Below are positions 25,516-39,015 of a stretch of DNA of 64,000 bases, piece by piece. The notes beneath the pieces are model-generated. The model did no database searches. It saw only the letters and a program-made list of their open reading frames with translations, and was not told the DNA's origin. Numbering within the stretch: the first letter of the stretch is position 1; each line of letters starts with the position of its first letter. The stretch is from positions 496,001 to 560,000 of the forward strand of contig JASVEC010000002.1 in assembly GCA_030770535.1 (NCBI GenBank), given 5' to 3'. The position numbers and the translations under genes were made by a program. The DNA is from Batkoa obscura (taxonomy: Eukaryota).

Positions 25516-25939
25516 ATTTTTTATCTTTGAGAATTGGTTTTGGAACATCTATTTATAATACTATTCCTGAATGATTCTTATAATATTGCTTTTAATAAAT
25601 AGATCCTTTTATGTATAAATAGCTCTTATTTTAAAATAATTTTACAAAGTACACACATTATTAATATTATTATAGTCCCACTAGATAAAAAGAAAATGGT
25701 TAAAAATCAAAAATTATTTTATTTGATATTAATTATTTAGGTAATATCTGATAAAAAATAAATCAAACTTGATAAAATTAAACAGGATTATTTACTGATT
25801 TAAAAAGACGACATATAGCTAAGGAAGCAATAAAATAAGCAAGGTGAATCAATTGAGGTAATTAGTTAGATATTAAGGTAGTAATCGTTGGTAATTTTTT
25901 TTTTTGAAATATTCTTTTAAAACAGCTTACGCTGTGAAC

Positions 25940-26657
25940 TTAAAGAATAGTACATTTCTTTTTACTTTTCATCTTCTTTTTGTTTTTATCATTTCCACTG
26001 CTATCCCTTTTCTTTTGACAAATTAATCGAAGAATTTGATCATATACTTCATCTACATTAACTCGAGTTTTACTACTGGTTTCAAAGTATTCACATCCCC
26101 AATCTGAAGCTTTGGCCTCTGCTTCTTCTCTTGTTACTGTACGTGAGTCAACTAAATCACTTTTATTACCAACCAAGATGATCGGGACCTGTTCTATTTA
26201 ATCATTTATTAAAATGAATAAAACTACTTATTTACCTTTGGATCTTCTGATACTCTCAATATTTGATCTCTAAATTCATCTGTATGTTGGAACGACTCAT
26301 ACTCAACTAATGAAAATAAGCATAAAAACCCTTCTCCACTGCGATAATAATTATCTCTTATCTATTAATAAAGATAAAAGTATAAAATAGAATAAAACCT
26401 AAAATGCAAATAAAATATAAAATAAAACTTACTGCTGCGTACTCTTCTTGGCCTGCGGTATCAAGGATATCAATTTGACAATCTTTACCATCAAGGGTAA
26501 TTTTCTTACGATAAGAGTCTGCTTTCGTTGGGTCATACTCTTCAACAAAATCAGAATACATATATTGTAATGTTAGTGCTGACTTTCCTACACCCCCTGA
26601 GCCCACCATAATCACCTTATGTATTGGTACGTTTTGTTTTCCCTTTTTTGAAGACAT
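25940..26657 (-). CDS. ralA: Ral-subfamily small GTPase, 3 exons
   Basis: [19 protein letters not shown], effector loop [35 protein letters not shown], polybasic tail and CaaL (CTIL). Confidence 0.9.
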
Positions 26658-28055
26658 AAGGCTAAATTTGATTTAAATAAAACTTGATATTATTTATAAT
26701 CAAAAATTACCTTATAAATAATAATTGAGATATAAATAATTATAATTAAAGAGGGGGAATTATTTAAAAATATTTCAGTTTTAAAAAAGTTGTTTTAAAT
26801 AAAACGCTTGGGATTTTTCAAGATTTAAAAATAGTAGTCGCCTTTTTAGAAAATGATCCTGTATGATTGTATTGAATCTGTAAATTGAATCTAAATAGCC
26901 AAATCTGCGCTAATTAATTGGTAAATTATCTAAGATAGCTAATCAAAACACTTTAATCTCAATTTTTAAGAGGTGATACTAATTCCAGTGCAATCTTTTT
27001 GATTGGCTATTTAAATACAACATGTGATAGTTATTATGATTTCGGCTATCAATATTTAAATTTTAGTTACATCATGTTTAAACTTAACCAAACAGTTCCT
27101 ATTGATAGAGGGCTATCCAAGAATCTTCCTAATTTAAGATAAATCAATTAAAAATGATCAATGTGAAGGAAGTCCTTTATTTAAAATTTAATCGTAGAAC
27201 GAAAGGTATAAAAGGGCCACCTGTTTATGTTTTAAAATAACTGTACATTAATAAAAGTTCTCACACTTAGCACTATTTCTATTAGCAAGTAAAAACTTCA
27301 CGGGCTTCAAAAAAGTTCTATTTAATGGCTTTAGGGTCATTGTTGCGATCAGAATTTTATCAGGCAAGCATGATGAGTATATTACATTATATGTTATGCG
27401 TCTACCTTGATAACCTTTCGTGTTCACTTCAAGCTTTTATATTTGCATACCTAAATAATAATATTGGTTTTTTTAAGTATATTTATTAGTATTAAACTTG
27501 TATTAGCTTGTAAAATATACTAATAGAACAAACTATTACATATCAAACTTAAATAGTCAGGTATAGATGTAGTTATATCCCATTACAAATACAAAAAAAT
27601 ACATAAGTTTAAGCTATACTGTCATTTCATTAATTTTAAAATTTTATTAAATACATTAAATAAATACTTCAGAATATTATAGATAACCATACATCTTGTT
27701 CCATTATTTCTACATTAAAGAGCATAAACTCTTAAGCGTATTTATGAAATATTTATAGGAAAGAGTCCATCAGTATGGAAAGATGAATAGGAAGAGTTAG
27801 TCATGCTTTTTTCAATCTTTTATATTACATCCAATCTAATCTTAAAAATCTAATTTAGTAAAATTATACAATACTGAGGCTTTTATAAAAAACAAACTCA
27901 TCAATTAATTGAACTCTTATTCACCTTACTAAAAAGTGATCAATGTTTAAGTGACAAGCTAAAATATACTGAAGCATTTGGAAGTTTCTAAAAAATTAAG
28001 ATTTCTCAATAAAGTAGATTTTAAAAATCGATTATTTGAACAATAACAATAATAT

Positions 28056-28155
28056 GGGGGTGTCTTTTTTTGACTTCATTATTTTTTCCATTTTTTAAGC
28101 ACTATTTAAGCGGAAAAATTGTTAGTAAAATTCTTGAACACAAAAATACATCCCC
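28056..28155 (-). mobile_element. ~100-bp MITE copy
   Basis: gggggtgt...catcccc. Confidence 0.9.
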
Positions 28156-28252
28156 ATCATTAGTCAATTCAACTTAAAAGATTAAATAAAACATCACATT
28201 GGTATTTACTTTTATATAGTATAAAAAATAGTCAAAATATTAATGAGAATAT

Positions 28253-28351
28253 GGGAGTGTTTTTTTTGGCTTCGTTACTTTTTTCATTTTTTAAGCGCTA
28301 TTTAAGTGGAAAATTTATTACCAAATTTCTTAAACACAAAAATACATCCCC
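28253..28351 (-). mobile_element. ~100-bp MITE copy
   Basis: ATAT/ATAT TSD. Confidence 0.9.
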
Positions 28352-28386
28352 ATATGTATTTTTTCATATTTTTTTATCATTACTTT

Positions 28387-28850
28387 TGTGAAATCTGGTA
28401 CTCAGGGTTTGGAGTCAAGAATAGCTATTGCTGGGTTGACTACACTATAAGTCGAAAGGTCTTAGTTTATGTGACTAAGATAGACTTGGATTATGAAAAA
28501 TAGCACGTAATAGGTTACAAGCTATATAAGACAAATAGAATAGACAATACTAATGTAAAATCTATGTAAAATACTATTAAGGAAACTTAGTGACTTTATT
28601 AAATGTTCGAGATATCAGGGAATAATTCAGTTAAAAAGCCTCGAGCTATTATGTTTTAGAATCTCTTTTATACTCCAGTAAGTATAAATATCAAAACGAG
28701 AAGATAATATTCTTTTGGATGGAGCTAGAAATTCTCATAACAAATCAAAATAAGAACATGGGATTGATTTCCTCTGAACTCGAGAACACAACAGCTTAGG
28801 CGATTGTTATGCTATAATTAACCATGGGACTGACAAAGCGATATTTCACA
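28387..28850 (+). mobile_element. Solo-LTR-like element, copy B (464 bp)
   Basis: TGTGAAAT...ATTTCACA termini, internal TATA-like gctatataag, no matching TSD. Confidence 0.8.
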
Positions 28851-29027
28851 AAACTATCAAAAACAGAATATAACTAATATTATAAATTATAAAAGCTTTT
28901 TTAATTAACTGTTTATAATAAGTTAATGTGTTTTTGTTTTAGTAATTAAGATAAACTTATAAAAAAATAATATACGATAACAAATTACATAACTAACAAA
29001 AAATAATATAATCAAAAAATAAAATAA

Positions 29028-29125
29028 GGTGATGTATTTTTTGTTTAACAATTTTACTAATAAATTTTCCACTTAAATAACACTTAAAAAAATGAAAAAA
29101 TAATGAAACCAAAAAAAACGCCCCC
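29028..29125 (+). mobile_element. ~100-bp MITE copy
   Basis: ATAA/ATAA TSD. Confidence 0.85.
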
Positions 29126-29274
29126 ATAAGTTTATTAAAATTAAGCATAATAAAATTTAAAACAAAGAGCTTATTATAACTGAAAAGCAATATTTTATAC
29201 CACTCTGATATATCTTTATAAGAAAACTATAAAAGCAATCAGTTAACTAACTATTAACTAACATAGTATTATAT

Positions 29275-29369
29275 GGGGATGTTTTCTAGTTTCATTATTT
29301 TTTCACTTTTTTAAGCGTTATTTGGGCGAAAAAATCGTTAATAAAATTGCTAAATAAAAAAATATTCAC
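29275..29369 (-). mobile_element. MITE copy (diverged)
   Basis: ggggatgttt...attcac; ATAT flanks. Confidence 0.8.
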
Positions 29370-30104
29370 ATATGTTAATGTAAAACTCTATTTTAAGTGT
29401 TTTTATCAGATGCACTATTTTGTGGAATTAATGAGAACATATTAAAACAAACTACTACATAGTATACTTTGACCACATGTTAAAGTGTACAGTAGTGACA
29501 TTATTATAACTAGCATTAGTAATTCTACAATAGTAAATCTCTTTAATCTTTAAACTTACTACTGCAGCTCTTTTGCATCATCTTTGTATGAATTTTAAAT
29601 TATTTTTATAATCAATTTTTATTATAATCTGGACCTTATATTCTAATTAATTAGCTATAGTTTTTTTTACTTAAATAAGCAGTTAAGTCGTAATAGAGCT
29701 GCAGCAGTAATATTTAAACATTGAAAAGGTTTTGATTTCCAGCTATTATAGCTCTCTTGGGATTGGGCTAACTGTTCATTTTAGAGCAAAATTTGGCAAA
29801 ATTAAGGCTAAAATCTGAGGATCGAGCTTCAAATTAGCAATACAAACAAACAACTGGATCTAAAAATCATCATAAATTAGGCTACAATAGGGTTGCAACC
29901 ATTATAACTTGATCGAAATCTAAATCAACATAGTTCTAACAATTCGAATTATTAAAGTAATCCTCATGATATAGTAAAACTTATCATAAGGAAATATTTG
30001 ATTTCAGTCAGTTAAATATCTTGATCTGTTCTTTGTCATAAGCTAATACTTAAAATTTAGTTGAAATTAAAAGTATCATTTTAACGAATTCTATAATATT
30101 ATAT

Positions 30105-30200
30105 GGGGATGTATTTTTTTATTTATGAATTTTACTAACGATCTTTCCACTCAAACAACGCTTAAGAAATGGAAGTAATGAAATCAAAAAAAACATCCCC
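30105..30200 (+). mobile_element. ~100-bp MITE copy
   Basis: Perfect ggggatg/catcccc ends; ATAT/ATAT TSD. Confidence 0.9.
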
Positions 30201-30418
30201 ATATGTTAGTTATTTAATAGATCGAATTGTTATACTTTGTACTAAAAATATCCAAATTTCTCAAAAGCTTCAGTAATTGGTTGGATTTTAAGTTTCTAAA
30301 CATTGAAACCTTAGAAATGTTTGCCATCATCTCATATGAAACCATCAAAAACAACCATTTTTGACGTCATAGATCACAAAATTTTCTTTTTATCTTTTAC
30401 CTTTTTTTTAAAAAATCC

Positions 30419-33400
30419 ATGGAAAAAGAAAACATTGAAAAAGAGGCTTTATTGCCACAAAGTGTAGTTCCCGAACGCCAAGAATCCTCACAAGATGCAC
30501 AAGATCAACCACAAGAATTATTATCTCAAATTGATCAAAACTTACCCCAAACTGCTGAGCCCATCTCGGATATAGCTCAAGTAGAACAAGGTGTTTTAAA
30601 AGAAGGTAAATTTACAATTAAAAATTCAATTTTAAGGAAGATTATTTACAATTAGAAGATTCGATAAGTGAAATAATCGAAGCTGGTCCAAGCGAACTTG
30701 TTAATATCATACGTGGTGGTAATGAGCCCACAAAACATATTTTATTAAAAGATCAACCATATGCATTAAATGCTTTGCCTGGTGAATATAATTCTGAACA
30801 AGTAAGTAATATGAAAAAGAATGTACCTTGTTCACCTGATGAAATACCTAAGATAGTTATTGGTTGGGAAGAGAGTTTAAATAAAGATTTAGCACACGTT
30901 GAACAGGTTCAGGAAGGAGTATCTGAACAAAAAGTAAGTCATTGGAAAAATGTAACAGTAATTTATGTAGCTATATTTTTAACATGGTTTGGTGTGGTAC
31001 TTGGTGGTGGTATTACATGGTGTTTAATAGTGGTAGCATGTTGTTCAAGTTATTATCAAAATACCATTGAACGGTATAGAAAAAGTGCCCGGGATGATGC
31101 TATTCGAGAATTGTGGTTACAAAAATTAGACAATGAAACAGAATCGGTTGCTTGGTTGAATTCGTTTTTAGATCGATTTTGGGTTATCTATGAGCCCGGT
31201 TTATCAGCTACTATTAAAAGTATTGTGGATGCAGCATTGGAAATCAATAAACCAACCTTTTTGGAAAATTTAAGTTTAACTGAGTTTAGATTAGGAAATA
31301 AAGCACCAAGGATTAATTCAGTAAAAACGCATACTAAAACTAAAAACAATTCTGTTTTGATGGACTGGGATATTGAATTTCAACCCAATAAAGATTTATC
31401 AATGACATTAGAGCAAATTAAAAATCAAATCAATCCCAAAGTAGTATTACAAATACGAGTTGGTAAAGGAATGGTAGGTGCAGGTTTACCAGTACTTGTA
31501 GAAGATTTTGCTATTCGAGGAGTATTAAGAGTACGAATTAATTTTGGTGATGTATTTCCACATGTAGATGTAGTTACATTACAATTTTTAGAAAGACCAG
31601 ATATTGATTATGTGCTTAAACCAGTAGGTGGTGAAACATTTGGATTTGATATTGGGAATATACCTGGATTAAGCTCATTTATTAGAGATCAAATTCATGG
31701 TACTCTAGAAGGTATGATGTATGCACCTAATATCTTTAGTTTATCAATTGCTCAAATGATGGCACCAATTGCTAAAGATAAATATAAAGGGATACTAAAA
31801 GTTAATGTAAGATATGCTAAAGATTTACAATATCAAGATGGATCTGGAGATCCATATGTATTAATATCTACATCTAATAAAAGACCAAGTTATCGTACTA
31901 AAACTAAAAATCAAACATATAATCCAGAATATAATGAAGTATTCGAAATGATATTATTAAAAGAAGAAGATAGTATTAAATTTACAATCTTTGATTTTAA
32001 TTCCTTTCGTAAAGACTTTGAATGTGGTAGTGAATATCTATCAACAGAAAGTTTTAATGAAAAACCAATTCAAAATAATCTCCAATTACCACTTAAAAGA
32101 GGTTCCCTTTATGTAGGTAGTTTAACTATTGATTGTCAATTTTACCCAACTGATTTTGAATATTTACCAAAAGTTAATAATGATAAAACAGTAACAACAT
32201 CAACAGAATCTCAATTACCTAAATCAGGTGTGTTACATTTTACATTACATCAAATTAAAGAATTAGATGCTTCTAAATCTTTAATTAATAAATTCACACC
32301 TTATTGTTTAATATCAATTAATAACATTGAAAAATTACAAACAGCAAAAAAGAAAAGAAATAATAATCCCATCTATGAAGAATCTATTGAGCATTATATT
32401 AAAGATATTAATAATTGTAAACTCAATTTAATTATTAAAGATGACCGTGGTATGTCAGTTGATCCAATTATAGCTAAATGGTCTCAAGATGCTACTAAAT
32501 TGATTGAACAAAATGGATGGTATCCCTTAAATAATGTAGCTTCAGGAAAAGTTAAAGTTACTACAAAATTTTATCCATTAAAAGGACAAACAAATGAATT
32601 TAATAACGATAATTTATTAAATTATTTTGGTTTATTAAAATTATTTATAATTGAAGCACCAAAATTAAGATTAAATTCAAATAAATCGGAAGTGTATATT
32701 AAAGTCAAATATTTAAATAAAGTTATGGGAAATACTAAAATATTAAGATCAGATTTAATTCCTCGTTGGAATCATCAATTAGAATTCCCTATTCATTTGG
32801 AATCTGATCATATTGAATTAGAACTTATTGAAATAATTAATAATGAAGCTATTATTTTGGGTAGAGTAGAACATTTAATATCGAGTTTAATTTTTCAAAA
32901 GGAAAATGGATTTGAATCTAAAGGTTTAATTAATAAGTAAGTTTATTATTTATATTAAATGAAATTTATATTAATATATTAATATATTTTATTTTTATTT
33001 TATTTCTTAGTTGGACAAGTATTAAATCCAAATCCAATCGAATTGTTGGTGCATTACATTTTGGTTCTTGTTTATTTATTAAAGATCAAGAATTAGTTTC
33101 TCAAGTGGATAATAAATTGATTAATGAAACCAATAATTTAGAATCAATTAATGAAAATAAAAAAGACGATAATAATAACAATAATAATAATAATAAATCA
33201 ACTAATCTTCCAGCAATTGAATTATATCCAAATATAAACAATGGTATATTAGGAATTAATTTTATGAAATTAGAAGGAATTAAATTGAATAACATTTCAA
33301 TGGGGCTTTATTTAGATGGACCAAATAGTAAAGTTATTAAAGATAACATTCAATTTAAAGAAAATAAGAATAATGAAAATAATTTTAATTGTTTTATTCA

Positions 33401-34857
33401 AGATATTCAACAAGAAAGGTTAATATTTATATTAAAAGAAAACCAAGATATTTTAGTTAAAAAAGAAGTATCATTTAATGAATTATTAAGTAAACCAATT
33501 AAAGATAAAATTGAATTTGAATTAATAGAAAATGTTAAATTGAATTTATGTTATAATATCACTCCAATTGAATATCATCAATTAAATGGTATTAATGATG
33601 TTTTAGGTAATTTATTAATATTAATAATAATATTATTAATTTACTAATTTATTAATTTATTAATATTATTTTTATTAGGTCATGGTAAATTAGATGTTAC
33701 TATTGTTGAAGCCAAAGATTTGCTTGGAGTTGATAGTTCAGGTACTAGTGATCCATATGTTAAAGTATATATGAATGATGTTCGTATATTTAAAACACAA
33801 ACATATAAAAAAAATTTAAATCCAAAAATTAATGAATCATTTACTGTACCTTTAGTAAGTAAATTTTTTACTATAATAATAATAATTATTTATTTATTTA
33901 TCTTAATTTTAATTTTAATTCTTTTTTATAGCTTGATAGTTCCAGTTCAATTTTAGACTTTCGAGTTTATGATTGGAATAAAGTACATTCTTCTGAATCT
34001 TTAGGATCTATTCAAATTAATTTAGATGACCCTAAATTTTCATTTATGCAAGGGGAAGTATATGATCAATTTTATGACTTAAACGATGTTGGTAAAGGTC
34101 AATTACGCTTATTATTAAAATATCAAAAAGCAACTTTAGCCGATGAGGAAATGAATTTAGCAGTTGAATATTTGAAAAATGCTAAATCTCACATAAGAGC
34201 CAACTCCATGATGTCTGAAACTTCTTCAGTTGGACAATCTACTCTTGTATCTACTTTACCTAATACAGTAAATAATGTGGTTACTCAAGAGACACTTAAT
34301 GATCAAAGAAATTCCAATCAATTTACTAGAAAAGAAGAAGCGAGAGGCAAAGCAGGTAGAATCAAAGTTACTATTATTGGAGCAGATAAATTGATGGCTG
34401 CAGATAAAGGAGGTAAGTTGATTAATAAAAAAGAGTTTTTGTATTAAATAATATAAACTAATATTAATGAATTTTATTAGGCACTAGTGATCCCTATGTT
34501 AAAGTTAAAAAAGATGGGGAACAAATTTATCAAACTAAAAAAGTTAAAAAAACTCTAGAACCTCAATGGTAACTAATTTTATTTTAATATTTTTAATTAT
34601 TTATTTTAATTATTTTATTTAGGTATGAATCATTTAATTTAGATTTAAAAGATGGAGAACCGTGTTGGTTACATTTATCTGTTATGGATCATAATCGAAT
34701 TCATTCAGATGTTCCATTAGGTACAACTTCATTTAACATTTGGGAACATCTTTCAAATGATCCAAATGAAGGAGAAAAAATCGAATTTTATACTAACACT
34801 TTAGTTGGTGGAGAACATGGTAGAGTTCAAATTTCTTTAGAATATCTTGGTATTTAA
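30419..34857 (+). CDS. Tricalbin (SMP plus multiple C2 domains; ER-plasma membrane tether), multi-exon
   Basis: TM hairpin, SMP (ESVAWLNSFLDRFW, DYVLKPVGGETFGFDI) and C2 motifs (DSSGTSDPYVKV, ADKGGTSDPYVKV). Stop at 34857. Confidence 0.92.
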
Positions 34858-34913
34858 ATTATTAAAGATTTCTATTAATAAATTTTATATTTGATAAAAA
34901 AAATTCAATATAT

Positions 34914-35011
34914 GAGGATATATTTTTATGTTTAAGAATTTTACTGGTAATTTTTCCACTCAAATAGCGCTTAAAAAATGGAAAAGTAATGAAATCAAAA
35001 AAAACATCCCC
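34914..35011 (+). mobile_element. ~100-bp MITE copy
   Basis: ATAT/ATAT TSD; lies just 3' of tricalbin. Confidence 0.9.
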
Positions 35012-35223
35012 ATATATTTTATACATTTTTTATTTTTGTTTATTTTTATTTTTTATTTTTTAATATTATATAATATTATAATACTATTAATCATTATTCA
35101 AAGAATGAGAAATCAAATTAAAAACGACAATACAATGAATTGTTGAAAATAAGAGTTATAGAAATCAAATATCCTATTTAATTGTATTGTATTGTATTCA
35201 TATTTATATATTTATATTTATAC

Positions 35224-36932
35224 TTATTCCACTTTTTTATTATTATTTAATGGAGAAATTAATATTGATAATTTATAAAACCAATTTAATAATAAAAATT
35301 TCAGTCTAAGTAAATAATAGGAATATAATAAATTAAAATACTTTGGAGTAATATTAAATAAGTTATCAACCTTCCAATTGAATTCCTTCATTAAATAAAG
35401 ATGTGAGAAATCACCCAAAATTTTAAATTGAAGATAAGGATCCTGTTTTAACTCCATTGAAATTAACTTTAATAAATCTTGAATTTTAAATAAATAAACT
35501 AAATCATTAGGAATATCTGCTAATAGTTTAGCAATATTAGGTAAATGCTGAATTACTTTTTGTTCAAAATTAAAGTCTTTAGAATTTCCTTGGCGTGCTG
35601 TTAAAATGGCTTTAATTAATCTATATGTAGTTGAGTTACCACCCAATTTAATAGAATATTCTTTGATTTGATCCTCATTTTGTTGTAATATGTTAATCCA
35701 TAGATGTGCATATAAATTGATAAAGTTACTATTGAGTTCATGATATAATCCATGATCTAGTAATACAATTTTGAAATTCTTTTTACTATCTTTTTCATCT
35801 TTAATAATCATTAAATTCCCAGGATCTATTTGAAGTTAATTAGTATTATTTATTTTTTATTTATTATTTATTAAACTTACGTGCATCACAATGTATAAAT
35901 CTAATATTTAATAAAAATAAATTAATTAGTTAATAAATTATATAAGTAAATACAGTAAAATAAAATTTACCTATGTCTATAAAGCATTTCAGAAAATATT
36001 TGATTAATTTCAATACTTACTTTTCTTGGATTAATTTGATTTTCTTTAAAGTATTCTACATCATTTAATTTTTTACCGTCGATAACTAAAGAATTAATTA
36101 ATTTAATTTTAAAATATAAAATATACTTACATTCCATACAAAGAATTCTTTTTGTTGCCCAATAAACTTTTGGAATTAGAAGTTTATAATTTAATAAGTC
36201 AAAATTTTGCTTTGCTCTAATACCATTTTCACCTTCAATTTCAAAATCTAGTTCTTTAGGTAAATTTCGTTTAATTTCATTAATCAACCAACTAAATTGA
36301 AATTGAGGTAATACAAATTGTGCCAAATTAACCATTTTGTCTAATATTAAAAGATCTAATTTAGAAAATAAACCTACTTTAGGATGTTGCAATTTCACTG
36401 CAATTTCCTTTCCTTGATAAATTCCTTTATGAACTTGAGCAATAGAAGCTACTCCAATTGGCTCAGGTTCAATAAACTCAAAGATTTCATTTAGTGATTT
36501 TCCAGTATCTAAAAGGACCATTTTATCTAGTACTTCCAACTTCGTAGCAGGGCAAGCATCATGTAAAGGTCGAAATGTAACACACCATTCCATTGGTAAA
36601 AAATAATTTAATGCTGTTAAATGTTGACCTAATTTGATATAAAAACCACCATTATACAACATGGCTTTTAATACTCGATTTGCATTACGTTGATGTATTT
36701 CTTTTTTTTGTTGTTCAATATACTTTGAATTAGAATTGTTATCTGATTCAAATGGCCAATTTAATCGATAATCAATGATCACTTCCAATCCCGTTCCTAC
36801 GGCCATTAAGCCTCGACTTATTCCTTCTATATAGAATTGAACATCATCTAAATGAAATGTATAGATTTCTAAACTTATTAAACTGCCTAAGATCAATCCA
36901 ATATTTCGTTTGTTTGATTGTAACCAATGGGG

Positions 36933-37028
<96 letters not shown>

Positions 37029-37145
37029 GATAGATAATGTTGTTAATGGTCTGTTAATAGGTCGAAACTTAGGTTGTAATTTAATTGGAGATAAAATAGA
37101 TCGAGCTAAGATACATCGTTGTTTTAATAGCCCTGTTAATAGCAT
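35224..37145 (-). CDS. ABC1/UbiB atypical kinase (ADCK1/Mcp2-like), multi-exon
   Basis: GGFYIKLGQ, ASIAQVHKG, AVKLQHP, ELDF..EG, spliced HCDAHPGN and LLDHGLY motifs. Basic N-terminus resembles a mitochondrial presequence. Confidence 0.9.
36936..37028. repeat. Perfect (ATT)31 microsatellite encoding poly-Asn
   Basis: 93 nt of uninterrupted ATT, read as AAT codons on the minus strand. Confidence 0.95.
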
Positions 37146-37743
37146 TTATATTGTGTTAATATTTGGAAATATAAAACAAAAAAGTTTGAGTATTTATCTT
37201 TTTATATCTTAAAAGGTAACCAATTAGATTTTTACTCGAACTTAGTAAATAAAATATCGATCTATTTTCGATAATTTCGGAAAAACACCAGTCCGTATTT
37301 AATAATTTTACAAAATAAATTCATTATTTCTAGATATTTTCATAATTAGCGCATATAATTAATAACTCGTAAAGTTTTATTCTATGAAAAAATGAATTAC
37401 AATCTCCATCTCACTTTAATTTTATTTTGTTTATATCAATTTACATTAATTTTATTTTTTAACTTTAGTAATACTAGTTTATTTACATTAATTTAAAATC
37501 TTAAAATATACTATTTATTTTAATTAAAAAAGTTTAATCATAAAAATTAAAAAACACAAATTTAGTTTTGACCCGTTAAAATACATGATTACTTTAGTTT
37601 ATATTAATGATTGACCATAAAATATCATAAATGAACCGTTATTATATTCTGTTTTGCTAATAAATAATATTTTTATTTCACTTTAAAATAGTTATACATT
37701 TCAACCTATAATCTATTATATAACCTCTAGAGCCCTATTTTTC

Positions 37744-38676
37744 TTAATTATCAATCCCTTCTAATGCCAATGCTTGAACAATTCTGGATAGATCAACCTC
37801 AGACTCCTTGTTTTCCAGTTCTTTATTATCAAATGCTTCTTGTTCACTTTTAACTTCTAAATTCTCATATTCATTTCCATTGTTTTTTTCTAAAGCAAGT
37901 TTATCTAATTCATTTCCACTTTCATTCTCATCTAGTATAATTTTCATTGGTTGTAATATTAAATTACAAGGTATGGTTGGATGAGTGAAATGAGAGTTAT
38001 TAACTAAATTAATACTTGGCCATAACCAAGAGGGTACAGGTAAATTGATATCGATAGGCGATTTAAAACCACGAACAAATTCAGTTTCTTCAGATGTAAT
38101 TACCTCTTCATCATGATATCTGAAAGTATTCTTATATTACTATTTTATATTTTAATGAAATTATTATTACAATTACCTTAGAAATTCTTGTAAACAACTA
38201 GTTACAGTCCACATTTGTAATTTTCTTAAGCATGCTATTACAATTCCTGTTACTACAGTACCATCAATACAATGGATATAAATTGGTGAATTTTCTGGAT
38301 TGATAATCACCTTGAGAATAAATTAAAATTAGGATTCTTTTTTAATTTAAAATATAGTCAATCTTACCTGCAAACAACGAATAATTTTTGAATATGATAA
38401 TGGAACATTTTCTTTTGGTTTACTAACTCTTATCCAAAGATTATTAATTTCATGTAACTTACAAAACTTCACTAGATCCGGATTTGGTTGTTCAGGTATT
38501 AAACTCAATACGGATTTTAATTTTAATCTATTCAATATGAATTTAGTTTTTATATCAAAATTTGACTTTAAAATATACCTTTTTAAAAAATTTTGATTAC
38601 GAACTTTAGGATATGCCCCACGATATACTCCTTCTTCTAATTGTCCATATCGAAAGGGTAGAAATAATCCAGTCAT
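37744..38676 (-). CDS. Siw14/Oca-family phosphatase-like protein (Oca6-like), multi-exon
   Basis: PFRYGQLEEGVYRGAYP, LKLKSVLSLIPE, PIYIHCIDGTVVTGIVIACLRKLQMW and a C-terminal ALALEG. Confidence 0.8.
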
Positions 38677-39015
38677 TAAAGTTTAGAAAAATGGACCTAA
38701 GACTATTTTTGCTTGCCTTTTTTGGTAGCTTAATATGAGCTTTAATTTCAAGGCTTAATTTAATTGGTTCTATAGAAATTTTGCATTCAAATGATGACAT
38801 AATTCCGCATTAAAACAAACAAGAGATCTTAAGGAATCAAAGATTCAATAAGGTAATAAACAAACGAAGCTAAAGGAGAAGTAAACTATAGCAATATAGC
38901 AAGACAACAAAAAAGATAAGATTGAATTAATTTTTAACTTTATATATTAATATCCATTTTTTTATTAATCAAAGTTGATCCAATATAAATAAGTTCTAAA
39001 TTTCATATAAAACTA

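Noticed and set aside
25328..25516. 62-aa ORF MTTAGFEPAP...
   Set aside because: Antisense reading of the tRNA-Leu gene.
27360..27440. ATGATGA box-C-like motif (also CTGA near 8897)
   Set aside because: No properly spaced C/D partner, terminal stem or recognisable rRNA guide.
28306..29190. ORFs 28306-28503 and 28993-29190 (likewise 34928, 43527, 50570)
   Set aside because: They are made of MITE or LTR-like sequence and are spurious.
36910..37212. Poly-Leu ORF resembling a membrane protein
   Set aside because: Opposite-strand reading of the ATT microsatellite.
38230..38280. Phosphatase motif HCIDGTVVT lacking the CX5R Arg
   Set aside because: As I recall, this is typical of the Oca6-like subgroup and so is not novel.
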